Shown: positions 27,119 to 36,891 of the stretch, piece by piece
Position numbering within the stretch: the first letter of the stretch is position 1
How the letters are laid out: each line of letters starts with the position of its first letter
NCBI GenBank assembly: GCA_963724325.1
Contig: CAVRUH010000001.1
Coordinates: 416,001 to 480,000, forward strand
Length of the DNA: 64,000 bases
Reading direction: 5' to 3'
Source: Waddliaceae bacterium
GTDB taxonomy: Bacteria > Chlamydiota > Chlamydiia > Chlamydiales > Waddliaceae
Position numbers and translations under genes: made by a program
Notes under the pieces: generated by a model
What the model was told of the DNA's origin: nothing
Seen by the model: only the letters and a program-made list of their open reading frames with translations
The model's database searches: none

Positions 27119-28328
27119 GAATGAATTTATTATTCAGACGTTTCATCGCCTGATCGAAGAATTAAATACAGAAACTACTCGATATCTTTATCCATTTTTT
27201 TCTATAAAAAATAGATTAACCGGCATCATCGGGCCCCGTGGCGTCGGAAAAACCACCCTGCTGCTTCAATACATCAAGAACAATCTCTATTCTGAAGGAA
27301 AAACCATTTATTTCACTGCCGATCTGGTTTATTTCAATCAAACAACATTGCTGGAATTCGTCACAAAGCTCTACAATTATGAAGGGTATCGTATTTTTTT
27401 TATCGACGAAATCCATAAATACAAGAATTGGATCCAGGAGGTAAAAAATCTCTACGATGCTTTCCCAAGCATGAAAATTATATTTTCAGGCAGCTCAATG
27501 ATGCATATAGTAGAAGGAAGTCACGACCTATCACGCCGCGCTACCCTTTATCGTCTTGGCGGAATGTCTTTCAGAGAATATCTCAACTTCAAACAAAAGC
27601 TGTCCCTTGACCCCATCGACTACACATCTCTAATGAAAAACTATAAAAAATTTGGGGGCAAATTAGGACTCATCGAAAAAATAATACCCGCATTCCACGA
27701 ATACCTGCGTCTTGGATATTATCCATTTGTTTTTGAAGATGAACAAAGTTATTATGAAAAAATTCTACGAATTGTCGACAAAACAATTTATGAAGATATA
27801 TCCAACTTTTACAACCTTAAAACACCTAATCTTCACTATTTCAAAAAACTTTTGAGTTATCTTGCCTCCATTCCACCAGGCGAAGTAAACACAAATAATC
27901 TATCTAATAATCTTGGATTAGATAATAAAACCACCTTTCACTATCTTCAAATCCTAAATACCGTCGGGCTAGCAAGATTTATAGAGCCATTTGAGGGGGG
28001 AAGCCAGATCTTGCGTAAGCCCTCAAAGATCTTTCTACATAATACCACCCTTATGTATGCTCTAGAAACCTATCTTGGACAAGATGTAAAGAAAGGGGCC
28101 GTCAGAGAGCTCTTTTTTATTCAATCTTTGATGGATGCGAACCTAGATATTTTCTTCTCAAAACAAGGAGACTATCGCACAAAAGATGCTGTCTTTGAAA
28201 TTGGCGGCAAAAACAAAACGAACCGCCAAATTCAAACAGTTGAAGAAAATTGTTATCTCATCAAGGACGACATTTTAGTGCCTGCAGGCAATGAAATTCC
28301 TTTGTTCTATTTCGGCTTTACTTATTAG
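27117..28328 (+). CDS. AAA+ ATPase (AAA_14 / DUF4143-type) with C-terminal nuclease-like motif
   Basis: GPRGVGKTT Walker A, FFIDEIH Walker B, SGSS, GYYP, C-terminal D...FEIG. Start moved to ATG 27117 because the longer start lies in the repeat. Confidence 0.85.
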   Translation: MNEFIIQTFHRLIEELNTETTRYLYPFFSIKNRLTGIIGPRGVGKTTLLLQYIKNNLYSEGKTIYFTADLVYFNQTTLLEFVTKLYNYEGYRIFFIDEIHKYKNWIQEVKNLYDAFPSMKIIFSGSSMMHIVEGSHDLSRRATLYRLGGMSFREYLNFKQKLSLDPIDYTSLMKNYKKFGGKLGLIEKIIPAFHEYLRLGYYPFVFEDEQSYYEKILRIVDKTIYEDISNFYNLKTPNLHYFKKLLSYLASIPPGEVNTNNLSNNLGLDNKTTFHYLQILNTVGLARFIEPFEGGSQILRKPSKIFLHNTTLMYALETYLGQDVKKGAVRELFFIQSLMDANLDIFFSKQGDYRTKDAVFEIGGKNKTNRQIQTVEENCYLIKDDILVPAGNEIPLFYFGFTY

Positions 28329-28655
28329 AAAGCACTTTTAGGCCTTCGCTTTCGACCGGAATAACCGGCACTAAAATTTTATATGGATGCAAGACTTCTA
28401 TAACTCTTTCAAGTGATTTATAGAGAAGTTCACTATGTTTAAACCACCAGTATCCAGGTGCGGAATTAAAGAACATTTGACTGAATTTGATTAAAGGTTC
28501 ATTATCTTCCATAACAATTCTCGAGAATGTAAAAGACTGTATGTCAATAATATTTGGGCTGACCCTTGCACTGTCGCTATGCATTAATAAATACACACAT
28601 GTCCGTTCTTGATCGACAACTTCATGCCATTTCTCTTCGAGGATCTTGATACAAT
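28092..28655 (+). repeat. 564-bp direct repeat (left) flanking IS1634 copy 1
   Basis: Same sequence as 30304-30867. Both abut the IS termini exactly. Confidence 0.93.
28318..28655 (-). pseudogene. Duplicated 3' fragment of the 30530-31291 gene
   Basis: Identical C-terminus (...VESEGLKVLSNK), truncated by the IS end. Confidence 0.85.
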
Positions 28656-30303
28656 CCTGACTTCTGCCATTTAGTGCGGTTTCAGAAATTCAACAAGTTT
28701 ACTTTCATTAAAATCTTTCATGTTGGTTTGTAATGTAATGGTTTTTCCTGTTAATTCGTCCTTGATGTGAGCTTCTTGAACATTCCAGAGAATATCTCGC
28801 ACTCTTCGCAAAGATAGACCTGTTTTAATTTCCAAAAATTTTCCCATCATTAGTCCCATGAAGCAGAGCAAGACATGAGCTTTAATAGCATCGTGTGTAT
28901 GATGAAAAATTGGACGAGCTTTAAGATCTGTTTTTGACATGCGAAATGCTTGTTCCACATTCCAAAGCGCATGATAGTATTCAATAACTTGAATATTTGA
29001 TAAAATGCCTTCAGAAATATTTGTGCAGTACCCTTTAATACCAATAAGTTTTTTTGCCTTCTCTTCTAATTCTTTATTTAAAACAAATGCATCATTATGG
29101 GCTTTTGATTTTTTGACAAATTTGGCTCGTTTTCCTGATTCCTGCTTTACAATTATCTCTTGGGCTTTCATGATTTGTTTTTCAAATTCATATTGATCTT
29201 TCTTTGCTCGTTTTTCCGAGTAAGAACAGACTATCTCGTAAGAACGATTAGGATAAGGTAAACGAATGATATCTCCTTCTTTCTTTTTCAATCGTGATGT
29301 AATTAATTCAATAAAAGCTTTCGAACCATTTGCAAGCCGAGCACCTACAATATATTGATAGTTTTCAGCCTCCAGAAGATCCATATTTTCTTGAGAAAGC
29401 ATGGCGGCATCAGCAACAATGATCGGCTTACAATTGGAATGATGTTTTTGAAATACCTTAACTACATCCAGCATTGTATGTCCTTCAAAAGTGTTCCCTT
29501 TGTAGATTTCATGCCTAAGAGGAAACCCTTGTTGAGTTACTAGCAATCCTACAACAATTTGCGGTTGTTTTGATTTGTCATCTTTGGAAAATCCTCGAGC
29601 TCTTAGCTCATCATTAGGTTCGTGGCTTTCAAAGTACAAAGTCGTGACATCATAGAGAACAAGAGCAAACGACTCGTTAAAATGTACTTTAGCAGTATGA
29701 TAGGCTGCATTTTCAATAGCATCTTTGTGCTCTAAAAGCTTGGGAAGTAAACGATAGACAGATCGTTCTGCGTAAGATATTTCAAAATAATTTTCCAATA
29801 ATTCAATTGTGCGTAATTTTGAAGCAGGCTCTACTATACGCATCAAAGCAAGATCTTGATATAAAGGATGAAGAAATGCCAATCCACATAATTGAGAGCA
29901 TTTTTTCAAGGCTAAATGAGCAAAGCGATGGGTGATTGAAGTTAATTGTAAATGGTCTACATGTAGGATCTTTGAGGGTTTTTCTATTATTGAAAAAAGA
30001 GAGGGTTGAAGAGATAGTTGTTCTCTTACAATTTCAGCCTCTTGATAAAGCACAGCTAATTCATCATCAGTATGAGAGCTACCAATATGACGAATGATAA
30101 TACGTTTGCCTTGGGCGTAACGAATTATTTGTACAGCAATCGCACCGGATGAAGTGCGAACTTTTCGAATAGAAAGATTTCCCCGCATCTACTAAAAATA
30201 GAGCTTAGTGCGGTTTTTTGCACTAAGAAAAATTGCAACCCATTGCAAATCAAACCTCTTTTTTTGGATATTTGAGGATATTCAAATTTTGGCAGAAGTC
30301 AGG
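28656..30303 (-). mobile_element. IS1634-family insertion sequence, copy 1 (1648 bp)
   Basis: 14-bp TIR cctgacttctgcca, same length and transposase as 58888-60535. Confidence 0.95.
28671..30188 (-). CDS. IS1634-family DDE transposase
   Basis: PASKLRT, YDVTTLYFE, GFSKD, VADAAM, LWNVEQAFRMSK, ARPIFH motifs. Confidence 0.93.
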   Translation of the reverse strand: MRGNLSIRKVRTSSGAIAVQIIRYAQGKRIIIRHIGSSHTDDELAVLYQEAEIVREQLSLQPSLFSIIEKPSKILHVDHLQLTSITHRFAHLALKKCSQLCGLAFLHPLYQDLALMRIVEPASKLRTIELLENYFEISYAERSVYRLLPKLLEHKDAIENAAYHTAKVHFNESFALVLYDVTTLYFESHEPNDELRARGFSKDDKSKQPQIVVGLLVTQQGFPLRHEIYKGNTFEGHTMLDVVKVFQKHHSNCKPIIVADAAMLSQENMDLLEAENYQYIVGARLANGSKAFIELITSRLKKKEGDIIRLPYPNRSYEIVCSYSEKRAKKDQYEFEKQIMKAQEIIVKQESGKRAKFVKKSKAHNDAFVLNKELEEKAKKLIGIKGYCTNISEGILSNIQVIEYYHALWNVEQAFRMSKTDLKARPIFHHTHDAIKAHVLLCFMGLMMGKFLEIKTGLSLRRVRDILWNVQEAHIKDELTGKTITLQTNMKDFNESKLVEFLKPH

Positions 30304-30867
30304 AAAGGGGCCGTCAGAGAGCTCTTTTTTATTCAATCTTTGATGGATGCGAACCTAGATATTTTCTTCTCAAAACAAGGAGACTATCGCACAAAAGATG
30401 CTGTCTTTGAAATTGGCGGCAAAAACAAAACGAACCGCCAAATTCAAACAGTTGAAGAAAATTGTTATCTCATCAAGGACGACATTTTAGTGCCTGCAGG
30501 CAATGAAATTCCTTTGTTCTATTTCGGCTTTACTTATTAGAAAGCACTTTTAGGCCTTCGCTTTCGACCGGAATAACCGGCACTAAAATTTTATATGGAT
30601 GCAAGACTTCTATAACTCTTTCAAGTGATTTATAGAGAAGTTCACTATGTTTAAACCACCAGTATCCAGGTGCGGAATTAAAGAACATTTGACTGAATTT
30701 GATTAAAGGTTCATTATCTTCCATAACAATTCTCGAGAATGTAAAAGACTGTATGTCAATAATATTTGGGCTGACCCTTGCACTGTCGCTATGCATTAAT
30801 AAATACACACATGTCCGTTCTTGATCGACAACTTCATGCCATTTCTCTTCGAGGATCTTGATACAAT
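30304..30867 (+). repeat. 564-bp direct repeat (right) flanking IS1634 copy 1
   Basis: Copy of 28092-28655. Confidence 0.93.
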
Positions 30868-31291
30868 GATATTCGACAAAATCCCTGACAGAGGGGACTT
30901 CAATATGAAATTTGTCTCGGTTCACCAATGTTACAAGAGCATCTTCCAAAACCATGCGATGAAAAGCAGGGTGTTGTTGTACTGGAAGTGGAACTGCTTT
31001 TGGATCGACTAAATTCCATATCGTAGCCATTATTTGTTGTGTTTTATCTTCAACAATTTCCAAGTACTTAGGTTCGGAAGTAATTTTGTTAACTTCACTA
31101 ATAAGTAAATTTTTACAATCTGAGTGCTCCTCGATCAACTTAAACTTTGTACAAACCTCACGCAAAATTCTATAAGCGATTTCGCTTATCCGTGCTCCGT
31201 CATGATCATCAGCAGAAAATCCATCTTCTGGTGAAATCATTTTATGGATTTCATATAACCTTTTATAAATTCCTGCCATGTCTAAGTTCAA
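30530..31291 (-). CDS. Hypothetical protein (253 aa)
   Basis: Intact ORF convergent with the AAA gene, no recognised motif. Confidence 0.65.
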   Translation of the reverse strand: MNLDMAGIYKRLYEIHKMISPEDGFSADDHDGARISEIAYRILREVCTKFKLIEEHSDCKNLLISEVNKITSEPKYLEIVEDKTQQIMATIWNLVDPKAVPLPVQQHPAFHRMVLEDALVTLVNRDKFHIEVPSVRDFVEYHCIKILEEKWHEVVDQERTCVYLLMHSDSARVSPNIIDIQSFTFSRIVMEDNEPLIKFSQMFFNSAPGYWWFKHSELLYKSLERVIEVLHPYKILVPVIPVESEGLKVLSNK

Positions 31292-31305
31292 TTAAATACC
31301 TATAA

Positions 31306-32136
31306 TTATTTTAAATGTTCGTGAAGGACTCGATCTGCAGCTTCATCAGACATGATGTGTCCGAAATTATAGTACTGCACCATGGCGATATCTTTTGGAA
31401 AATTATTAACTTTTTGGTCTACGTAGCCATATCGTAGTCCTACAAATGGCATACTGATGCCTTCACAATATTCTGCTACTGGGACGATATGAGAATATTT
31501 GTCATTGATGAACATAATTGATGTGGGGGTGAATCCGACGATTTCAAGATATTTGCGCAATGCTTCACCCTTATGTGTATTCGCTGTAAATAATATACCA
31601 TCTCGATATAGAACACCACGACCGTTCATGTAATGAAATTCAGCTTTGGATGGGGCTGTGGCTTCTAAATCGATACCTACTGACTGCAATTGATGAAGAG
31701 TGCGCATAGACATTCCTAAGCCGCGGGTGGTGAGTCCTATGATTGGATAACCTTTGCTTTGCAAGTCGGCAATAATTTGATCTGTACCTGCCTCAACTAG
31801 CTTCACTTTTGTCAGATTTTGGACGGCCATCCATTCCTTGAGTGAAAATTCTAAGGCATCTTCATACTTGTAACCAAAGGAAATATACTGATCTAATCTA
31901 AAGTGAAACCATTGATCGGATCCGAGGGTTTGGACGGGTTCGATGAGAGTGTTATCGATATCAAAAACGATAAGCATGTTTGGCTTCAGGAATGGATACA
32001 GCTCGTACATGTTCATTGTTTCGATGATTTGACCATTCACCTGAAACGTTGTTAGACAGAAAAATAGAATAATTACTGATTTACGAATGTAGGCTAGCAT
32101 GTTTTCCTCCGAAATTAAGGATTTAAGTGAAAGCAT
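31306..32136 (-). CDS. DUF2608-like HAD-fold protein with signal peptide
   Basis: VFDIDNTL, GSDQWF, GLTTR, KGEAL, FINDK (HAD motifs I-IV). True start probably at MLAYIRK. Confidence 0.8.
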   Translation of the reverse strand: MLSLKSLISEENMLAYIRKSVIILFFCLTTFQVNGQIIETMNMYELYPFLKPNMLIVFDIDNTLIEPVQTLGSDQWFHFRLDQYISFGYKYEDALEFSLKEWMAVQNLTKVKLVEAGTDQIIADLQSKGYPIIGLTTRGLGMSMRTLHQLQSVGIDLEATAPSKAEFHYMNGRGVLYRDGILFTANTHKGEALRKYLEIVGFTPTSIMFINDKYSHIVPVAEYCEGISMPFVGLRYGYVDQKVNNFPKDIAMVQYYNFGHIMSDEAADRVLHEHLK

Positions 32137-32163
32137 GCATTATGCCCTACGTTGATCTATATT

Positions 32164-32801
32164 TCAAGAAGATTTCGCACCATAACGGACAGAAGGTCCT
32201 TTACCATGTCGAACAATTTTGCCCTCATCCATCAACTTTTGCAACTTTCTTGTTGCTGTATTTCTTGAAACATTTAAATGAACCGTCACATAGCTAATAG
32301 AAATCAAATGTTTGGTTTTAATGAGCGCTAAAATTATTTCCTTTTCCGATTTTCCTACTCCAATGGAAGGCTCGAAAAAAAATACTATTTTAACAAAGTC
32401 ACCTTTTTCATGATATTCTGGGCGTTTAATTACTGATTTTTCACATGAATCAAATATCAATCTAATTTCAGTCCCCATTTTTTCAATAATACCCATTTGT
32501 CTTGCGATACGAGCATCGATTTATCAAATAAATTTTTCTCATAGATTAGAGCAAGTAATCCTGGACTAGAAGAATCATAAAGACTATTGGGAAATTCATC
32601 ATAAAGTTTATTTCGAGTATCATTGTCAACACCGAGAATTCTTCCTGTTTTGTCTTCAATGCCGATGTAAATTTTCCCTCCTACGCCATTGGCAAAGGCA
32701 ATGCAAGTTTTGACCAACGATTCGAATTTCGGTGGATGGGGCTTGAACTCGACGGATTTTGACTCTCTTTCATTTATTCTCATAATTGCACCACGATTCA
32801 T
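32164..32801 (-). pseudogene. Split/internally deleted AlbA_2 (Schlafen-like) ATP-binding transcriptional regulator with C-terminal HTH
   Basis: ESKSVEFK...AFANGVGGKIYIGIED N-domain in one frame, IIEKMGTEI...HTH in another. Central region missing. Confidence 0.7.
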
Positions 32802-32823
32802 AGTTTAAGATGTTTTATCTTAT

Positions 32824-33534
32824 TTATTCTGTCTTTTTTGACAGATTTTTCAAATTGGTCTCAACTTCTTCGGTCCTTGCTTTTAAGTCGCCCATTTTTT
32901 GATTGTATTTTTCTCGCTCTTTTTCTTTAATCTTATTTATCCTGGTTCTTGCTTCTTCAGACATTTCATACGATTGTAATGTATTATTTATTTGTGAGTT
33001 GAATGCTGCTATGCCCCTTTTAGTGGTATTAAGTGTAAACCATACGTTGATCATCTCAGTTCTAGCATTGCTTAAGGTTTTCCAAATCTCTTCAATCCTT
33101 TGTTCGAATTGAACATGCTCTTTCCATTCGGATGGGAAATGTTCTCTAAGTTTCCGTCCGAAGCTAACAGTAGATTCCATAAGCGCATCCCATTTGTCCT
33201 TTTCTTTGGTTACTATAGATAACTGGGTAGCTAATTTATTAAAAATATCTTCAAACAGTGGATGTAGTTCATTGAACTCCTCAGTAGTAAATTTTTCTTC
33301 TGGTATAAGCTCCTCGATTTTTGTCGCATCCAAGTCATCCTTTGCTAATTCAGCAATTATCTCATCTTTAAATTTATTAATCTTTACTTCTTCTTTCAGT
33401 GAAGCTTGGTTGATGACCTCTAATTCTGGGAAAGGATCAGCATTTTCTATCTCGACATCTATAAATTCTTCCTTTTTAGGTGTTTCGGTAGGAATAGGTA
33501 AGGTTACAGGATTGGGTTCATCAATCTCATTCAT
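32824..33534 (-). CDS. Hypothetical acidic coiled-coil protein
   Basis: 236-aa ORF, E/K-rich. Confidence 0.6.
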   Translation of the reverse strand: MNEIDEPNPVTLPIPTETPKKEEFIDVEIENADPFPELEVINQASLKEEVKINKFKDEIIAELAKDDLDATKIEELIPEEKFTTEEFNELHPLFEDIFNKLATQLSIVTKEKDKWDALMESTVSFGRKLREHFPSEWKEHVQFEQRIEEIWKTLSNARTEMINVWFTLNTTKRGIAAFNSQINNTLQSYEMSEEARTRINKIKEKEREKYNQKMGDLKARTEEVETNLKNLSKKTE

Positions 33535-33557
33535 TTCTTCGTTTATTTCAATATCAG

Positions 33558-33869
33558 TTATATTTTTTTTCTAAAAAAATCTTCTATCGTTTTACCTTTT
33601 AAATCCGAATTAATATTTCCACTTGTAAATTGCCAGAATGTTAAAGGCTTAAGCCCAGAATTCACAGCAAGAGCTATACTTTCATTGTATACTTGTCGTA
33701 CTAATCTATCTGGTCCACCAGCCGTGACAATATTTATGAGGAGTCGCCAGAATCGATTCCAACCTTTTACTTGTGTTAGAGAGCCATTATTTTTATCAAC
33801 TACATAGTGTCTAAAGTTTGGATCAATTTGCAGTAATTTTAGATTATTTATTGGATCATCTATACGCAT
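33558..33869 (-). CDS. Hypothetical protein (103 aa), possibly the frameshifted 5' part of the downstream gene
   Basis: GAGG RBS upstream, ends in an A-run just before the 33534 ORF. Confidence 0.5.
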   Translation of the reverse strand: MRIDDPINNLKLLQIDPNFRHYVVDKNNGSLTQVKGWNRFWRLLINIVTAGGPDRLVRQVYNESIALAVNSGLKPLTFWQFTSGNINSDLKGKTIEDFFRKKI

Positions 33870-33989
33870 AATACCTCGATTTTAATATATGTTTATATTA
33901 ATGATTATATATAAGTTTTAAATTTATTGCAAAGTGAAATCTTAAGATTGGTAAATGTTCACCTCCTCCCCACCTCCTGAGAACCTAAA

Positions 33990-34580
33990 GAATACCTAAA
34001 CGAATGGCATCCAACAAAAAATATTTTAAGCCCCTTAGAAGTGACTAAATCAAGCGGCAAATCAGCTTGGTGGCAATGTTTTAAAGGTCATGAATGGGAA
34101 GCACGAATTAATTCACGAGTGAAAGGCAGAGGGTGTCCCTTTTGTGCCGGAAAGAAAGCCTACAGTGGGGATAACTTAGCGATTCTTTATCCGGAAGTAG
34201 CAAAGGAATGGCATAATGTCAAAAATGATCTGAACAGCCCTCCCTCAACTTTTCGATCAAAATCCAATAAAAAGGTTTGGTGGATCTGTTCATTGCATAC
34301 GGAACATGAATGGGAGGCTACTATCAACAGCCGTACCACAGGCAATGGATGCCCCTATTGTGCGGGAAAAAAAACTTCATCGTTTTACAGCCTGGCTGTT
34401 GTTAATCCAATATTGTCTAGAGAATGGCATCCTAAAAAAACCTCCCTCTATTACCTTCAAATGTCACTCCAAATTCAGGAAAAAAAGTTTGGTGGCAATG
34501 TTCTGAAGGACATGAATGGGAGGCTTCTATTAACAACAGAGCAAAGGGCCGAGGGTGCGCACTTTGTAGAAGCAGCAAAA
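33990..34580 (+). pseudogene. Degraded zinc-ribbon repeat (DUF4379-like) gene
   Basis: Three EWH..KN...WWxC..HEWEAxINxR..GxGCPxC units, no clear start, frameshift at the A-run near 34440. Confidence 0.75.
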
Positions 34581-34609
34581 AATCAAAAATATAACTTAAT
34601 GAGTGCTTT

Positions 34610-34960
34610 ATGAAAACTTATTGGCATGTAACTGCCGTTGACAATTTTGTGAAAATTCAAAATGAAGGCTTAAAATTAAATAAAGGCCAAATCTTTTTGT
34701 CGGATTTATTGAAAGAATATTTTAAAGCAATTGGTCAAAAATCTTTTATCGAAACCCTACCAGGTAAAATCCTTCGATTTACTATTTGTAGTGGGCTGGG
34801 TATAGCAGCAGGTTACGCACTACCTATAGTAGAAGCTTCGATTACAGGGCTTTGTTTAAATGCTTGCGATTCCTTCCTGCTTGATAAATTGACCACAGGA
34901 TGGAAACCAAATCAATACATTGAAGGGGATGTTCAAAGGTTATTGACTACCGCTATTTAA
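34610..34960 (+). CDS. Hypothetical protein, probably a chimeric remnant
   Basis: 116 aa. N-terminus YWHVT..N...I..EGLK is ADP-ribosyltransferase/KptA-like and the remainder looks unrelated. Confidence 0.4.
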   Translation: MKTYWHVTAVDNFVKIQNEGLKLNKGQIFLSDLLKEYFKAIGQKSFIETLPGKILRFTICSGLGIAAGYALPIVEASITGLCLNACDSFLLDKLTTGWKPNQYIEGDVQRLLTTAI

Positions 34961-35071
34961 TTTGAATAGATGTTGTCAATGATTTGACACGACTTAGGAA
35001 TCAACCTAGAAAAACCTAGAAGAAATAGATTTCTAGGTTTGCACTCAAACGAGTATGTCAAAGATTTAGCA

Positions 35072-35614
35072 TTAATGCGTTGCTAAACTTTGAGCCACTT
35101 CTTTTAAAGCTCTTGTGACTTCTGCTGAATATAGACGCAATTTCCCAAAGACATCGTCTCTTTCCATGCTTAAGAATGATTCGTAAATTTCTCCAGGTTT
35201 TAGCCTTTTTCTCTTACCAGTGCTTTCTTGCATACGACTAGATGGCTCCACTCCCATGATTTCCATAAGCGCGATAAAATTGCCATGTAAAAACTTGTCT
35301 CTCAAAGCCGAGTATTTACAAATTTTGGTAAGAGCTTCTGGTAGAATGCTATTGCCAAATATTGATTCGACAGCAGCAACCAAATATTTTGGGTTGCAAT
35401 CCCAGTAATGGACATACTGGTTGTTTTTTGTTGACTTATCGGTTTTGATTAACTCAGCAATTTTATCTTGTAGAGGTTGATGAAGCTCTGCGATGTATCG
35501 CATAAGCGGCTCTATTGATAAAAACGGCCCGGCAGCCTCTCCCCACTTTAAGACGAGATTTTCGATGTTATTCAGGCTTGCATTTATAAAACCTGAATTT
35601 TGATTAAAGTCCAT
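35072..35614 (-). CDS. Hypothetical protein (180 aa)
   Basis: Intact ORF. LRDKFLHG resembles an Rx4H HEPN-like motif (weak). Confidence 0.55.
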   Translation of the reverse strand: MDFNQNSGFINASLNNIENLVLKWGEAAGPFLSIEPLMRYIAELHQPLQDKIAELIKTDKSTKNNQYVHYWDCNPKYLVAAVESIFGNSILPEALTKICKYSALRDKFLHGNFIALMEIMGVEPSSRMQESTGKRKRLKPGEIYESFLSMERDDVFGKLRLYSAEVTRALKEVAQSLATH

Positions 35615-35747
35615 ATTTTTTTGACTGCTTAAAGGTTGGAGAATGTTGTTTCGATTTGTACATTACCTGTCATATACCTGGCACGAGAGATAAAAAGAAG
35701 GACTTAATAAAAGCGGTCAAGCCTTTATATGTACTTAGGAAAAAGAA

Positions 35748-35794
35748 TCTGAGTGCGAGGATTCGAACTTCCTACCCCTTGCACCCCATGCAAG
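35748..35794 (-). other. tRNA-Pro(GGG) 3'-half, left att core (degenerate)
   Basis: Reverse strand reads cttgcatggggtgcaag (anticodon arm) followed by a T-arm with mismatches. No 5' half. Confidence 0.8.
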
Positions 35795-35998
35795 TTTTTT
35801 CCTGTTTTTAACCATATCATCATGTCTCATTCAGTACCATCATAATCGTATTCATGATGCTATTTAAGATTGATTTATATCACATCGCTGTCTTATCTTG
35901 TAGCTTTAAATATTGGCACTTATCAGGTGGTTTCATCCGCCACATATCCGCCACACAAAAAATAGGAAAAATGTACCTGAACGCTGTAGGAGCTTAAC

Positions 35999-36886
35999 AT
36001 GAATAAAGATTTAGTAGAAAAAACTCATCATCAAACTTTTGAATCACTCCGACAAGAAGAGGAAGGGAGTGAATTTTGGAGTGCCCGTAAATTGGCAAAG
36101 GTCTTGGATTACAATGACTACCGTAATTTTCTTAACGTCATCGAAAAAGCTAAAGAAGCTTGCAAGAATAGCCGACACAATATTGTCGATCATTTCGTTG
36201 ATGTCACCGATATGATCGACATTGGTAAGGGAGGGCAGAGACAAGCTTCTGACGTAAGATTATCTCGCTATGCTTGCTATCTGGTCGTACAAAATGGTGA
36301 TCCTGCGAAGCCTGTCATTGCTAACGGTCAAACTTATTTTGCAATCCAAACACGGCGGCAAGAATTGGCTGATAATCAAGCTTTTCAGCAGTTAAAAGAA
36401 GATGAAAAACGTATTTATCTCCGCAAAGATCTTCGAGAGCACAATAAACAGTTAGTCGAAACAGCTCAGCAATCTGGTATAGAAACTACCCTTGATTTTG
36501 CCATATTCCAAAATCATGGTTATAAAGGTCTCTATGGAGGTCTCGACGCAAAGGATATTCATGAAAGAAAGGGACTGAAAAAGAATCAGAAAATTTTAGA
36601 CCACATGGGAAGTACCGAACTTGCTGCAAATCTTTTTAGAGCCACTCAAGCGGAAGATAAACTTCGCCGAGAGAATATCCAAGGGAAAAACCAAGCAAAT
36701 CAAACTCACTTTGAGGTTGGCACGATAGTACGTCAAACTATCGAGAGGTTAGGTGGTACTATGCCAGAAGATTTACCTGTTGCAAAAAAGAGTATTAGAC
36801 AACTGGAAAAAGAAGTCGGCCAAAAATCCATAGAAAAAGTTGGTGCGAATTCCTGCAACATACAGAACACTGATGACGTGGGTTAA
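35999..36886 (+). CDS. dinD: DNA-damage-inducible protein D (Bro-N type)
   Basis: EFWSARKL..VLDY, LSRYACYLVVQNGDP.K, YFAIQTRRQE, AIFQNHGYKGLYGG, LDHMGSTELAANLFRATQ. Confidence 0.92.
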   Translation: MNKDLVEKTHHQTFESLRQEEEGSEFWSARKLAKVLDYNDYRNFLNVIEKAKEACKNSRHNIVDHFVDVTDMIDIGKGGQRQASDVRLSRYACYLVVQNGDPAKPVIANGQTYFAIQTRRQELADNQAFQQLKEDEKRIYLRKDLREHNKQLVETAQQSGIETTLDFAIFQNHGYKGLYGGLDAKDIHERKGLKKNQKILDHMGSTELAANLFRATQAEDKLRRENIQGKNQANQTHFEVGTIVRQTIERLGGTMPEDLPVAKKSIRQLEKEVGQKSIEKVGANSCNIQNTDDVG

Positions 36887-36891
36887 AGCAG

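Noticed and set aside
30208..30540. 110-aa ORF
   Set aside because: Chimera of the IS end and the duplicated 3' end of the AAA gene
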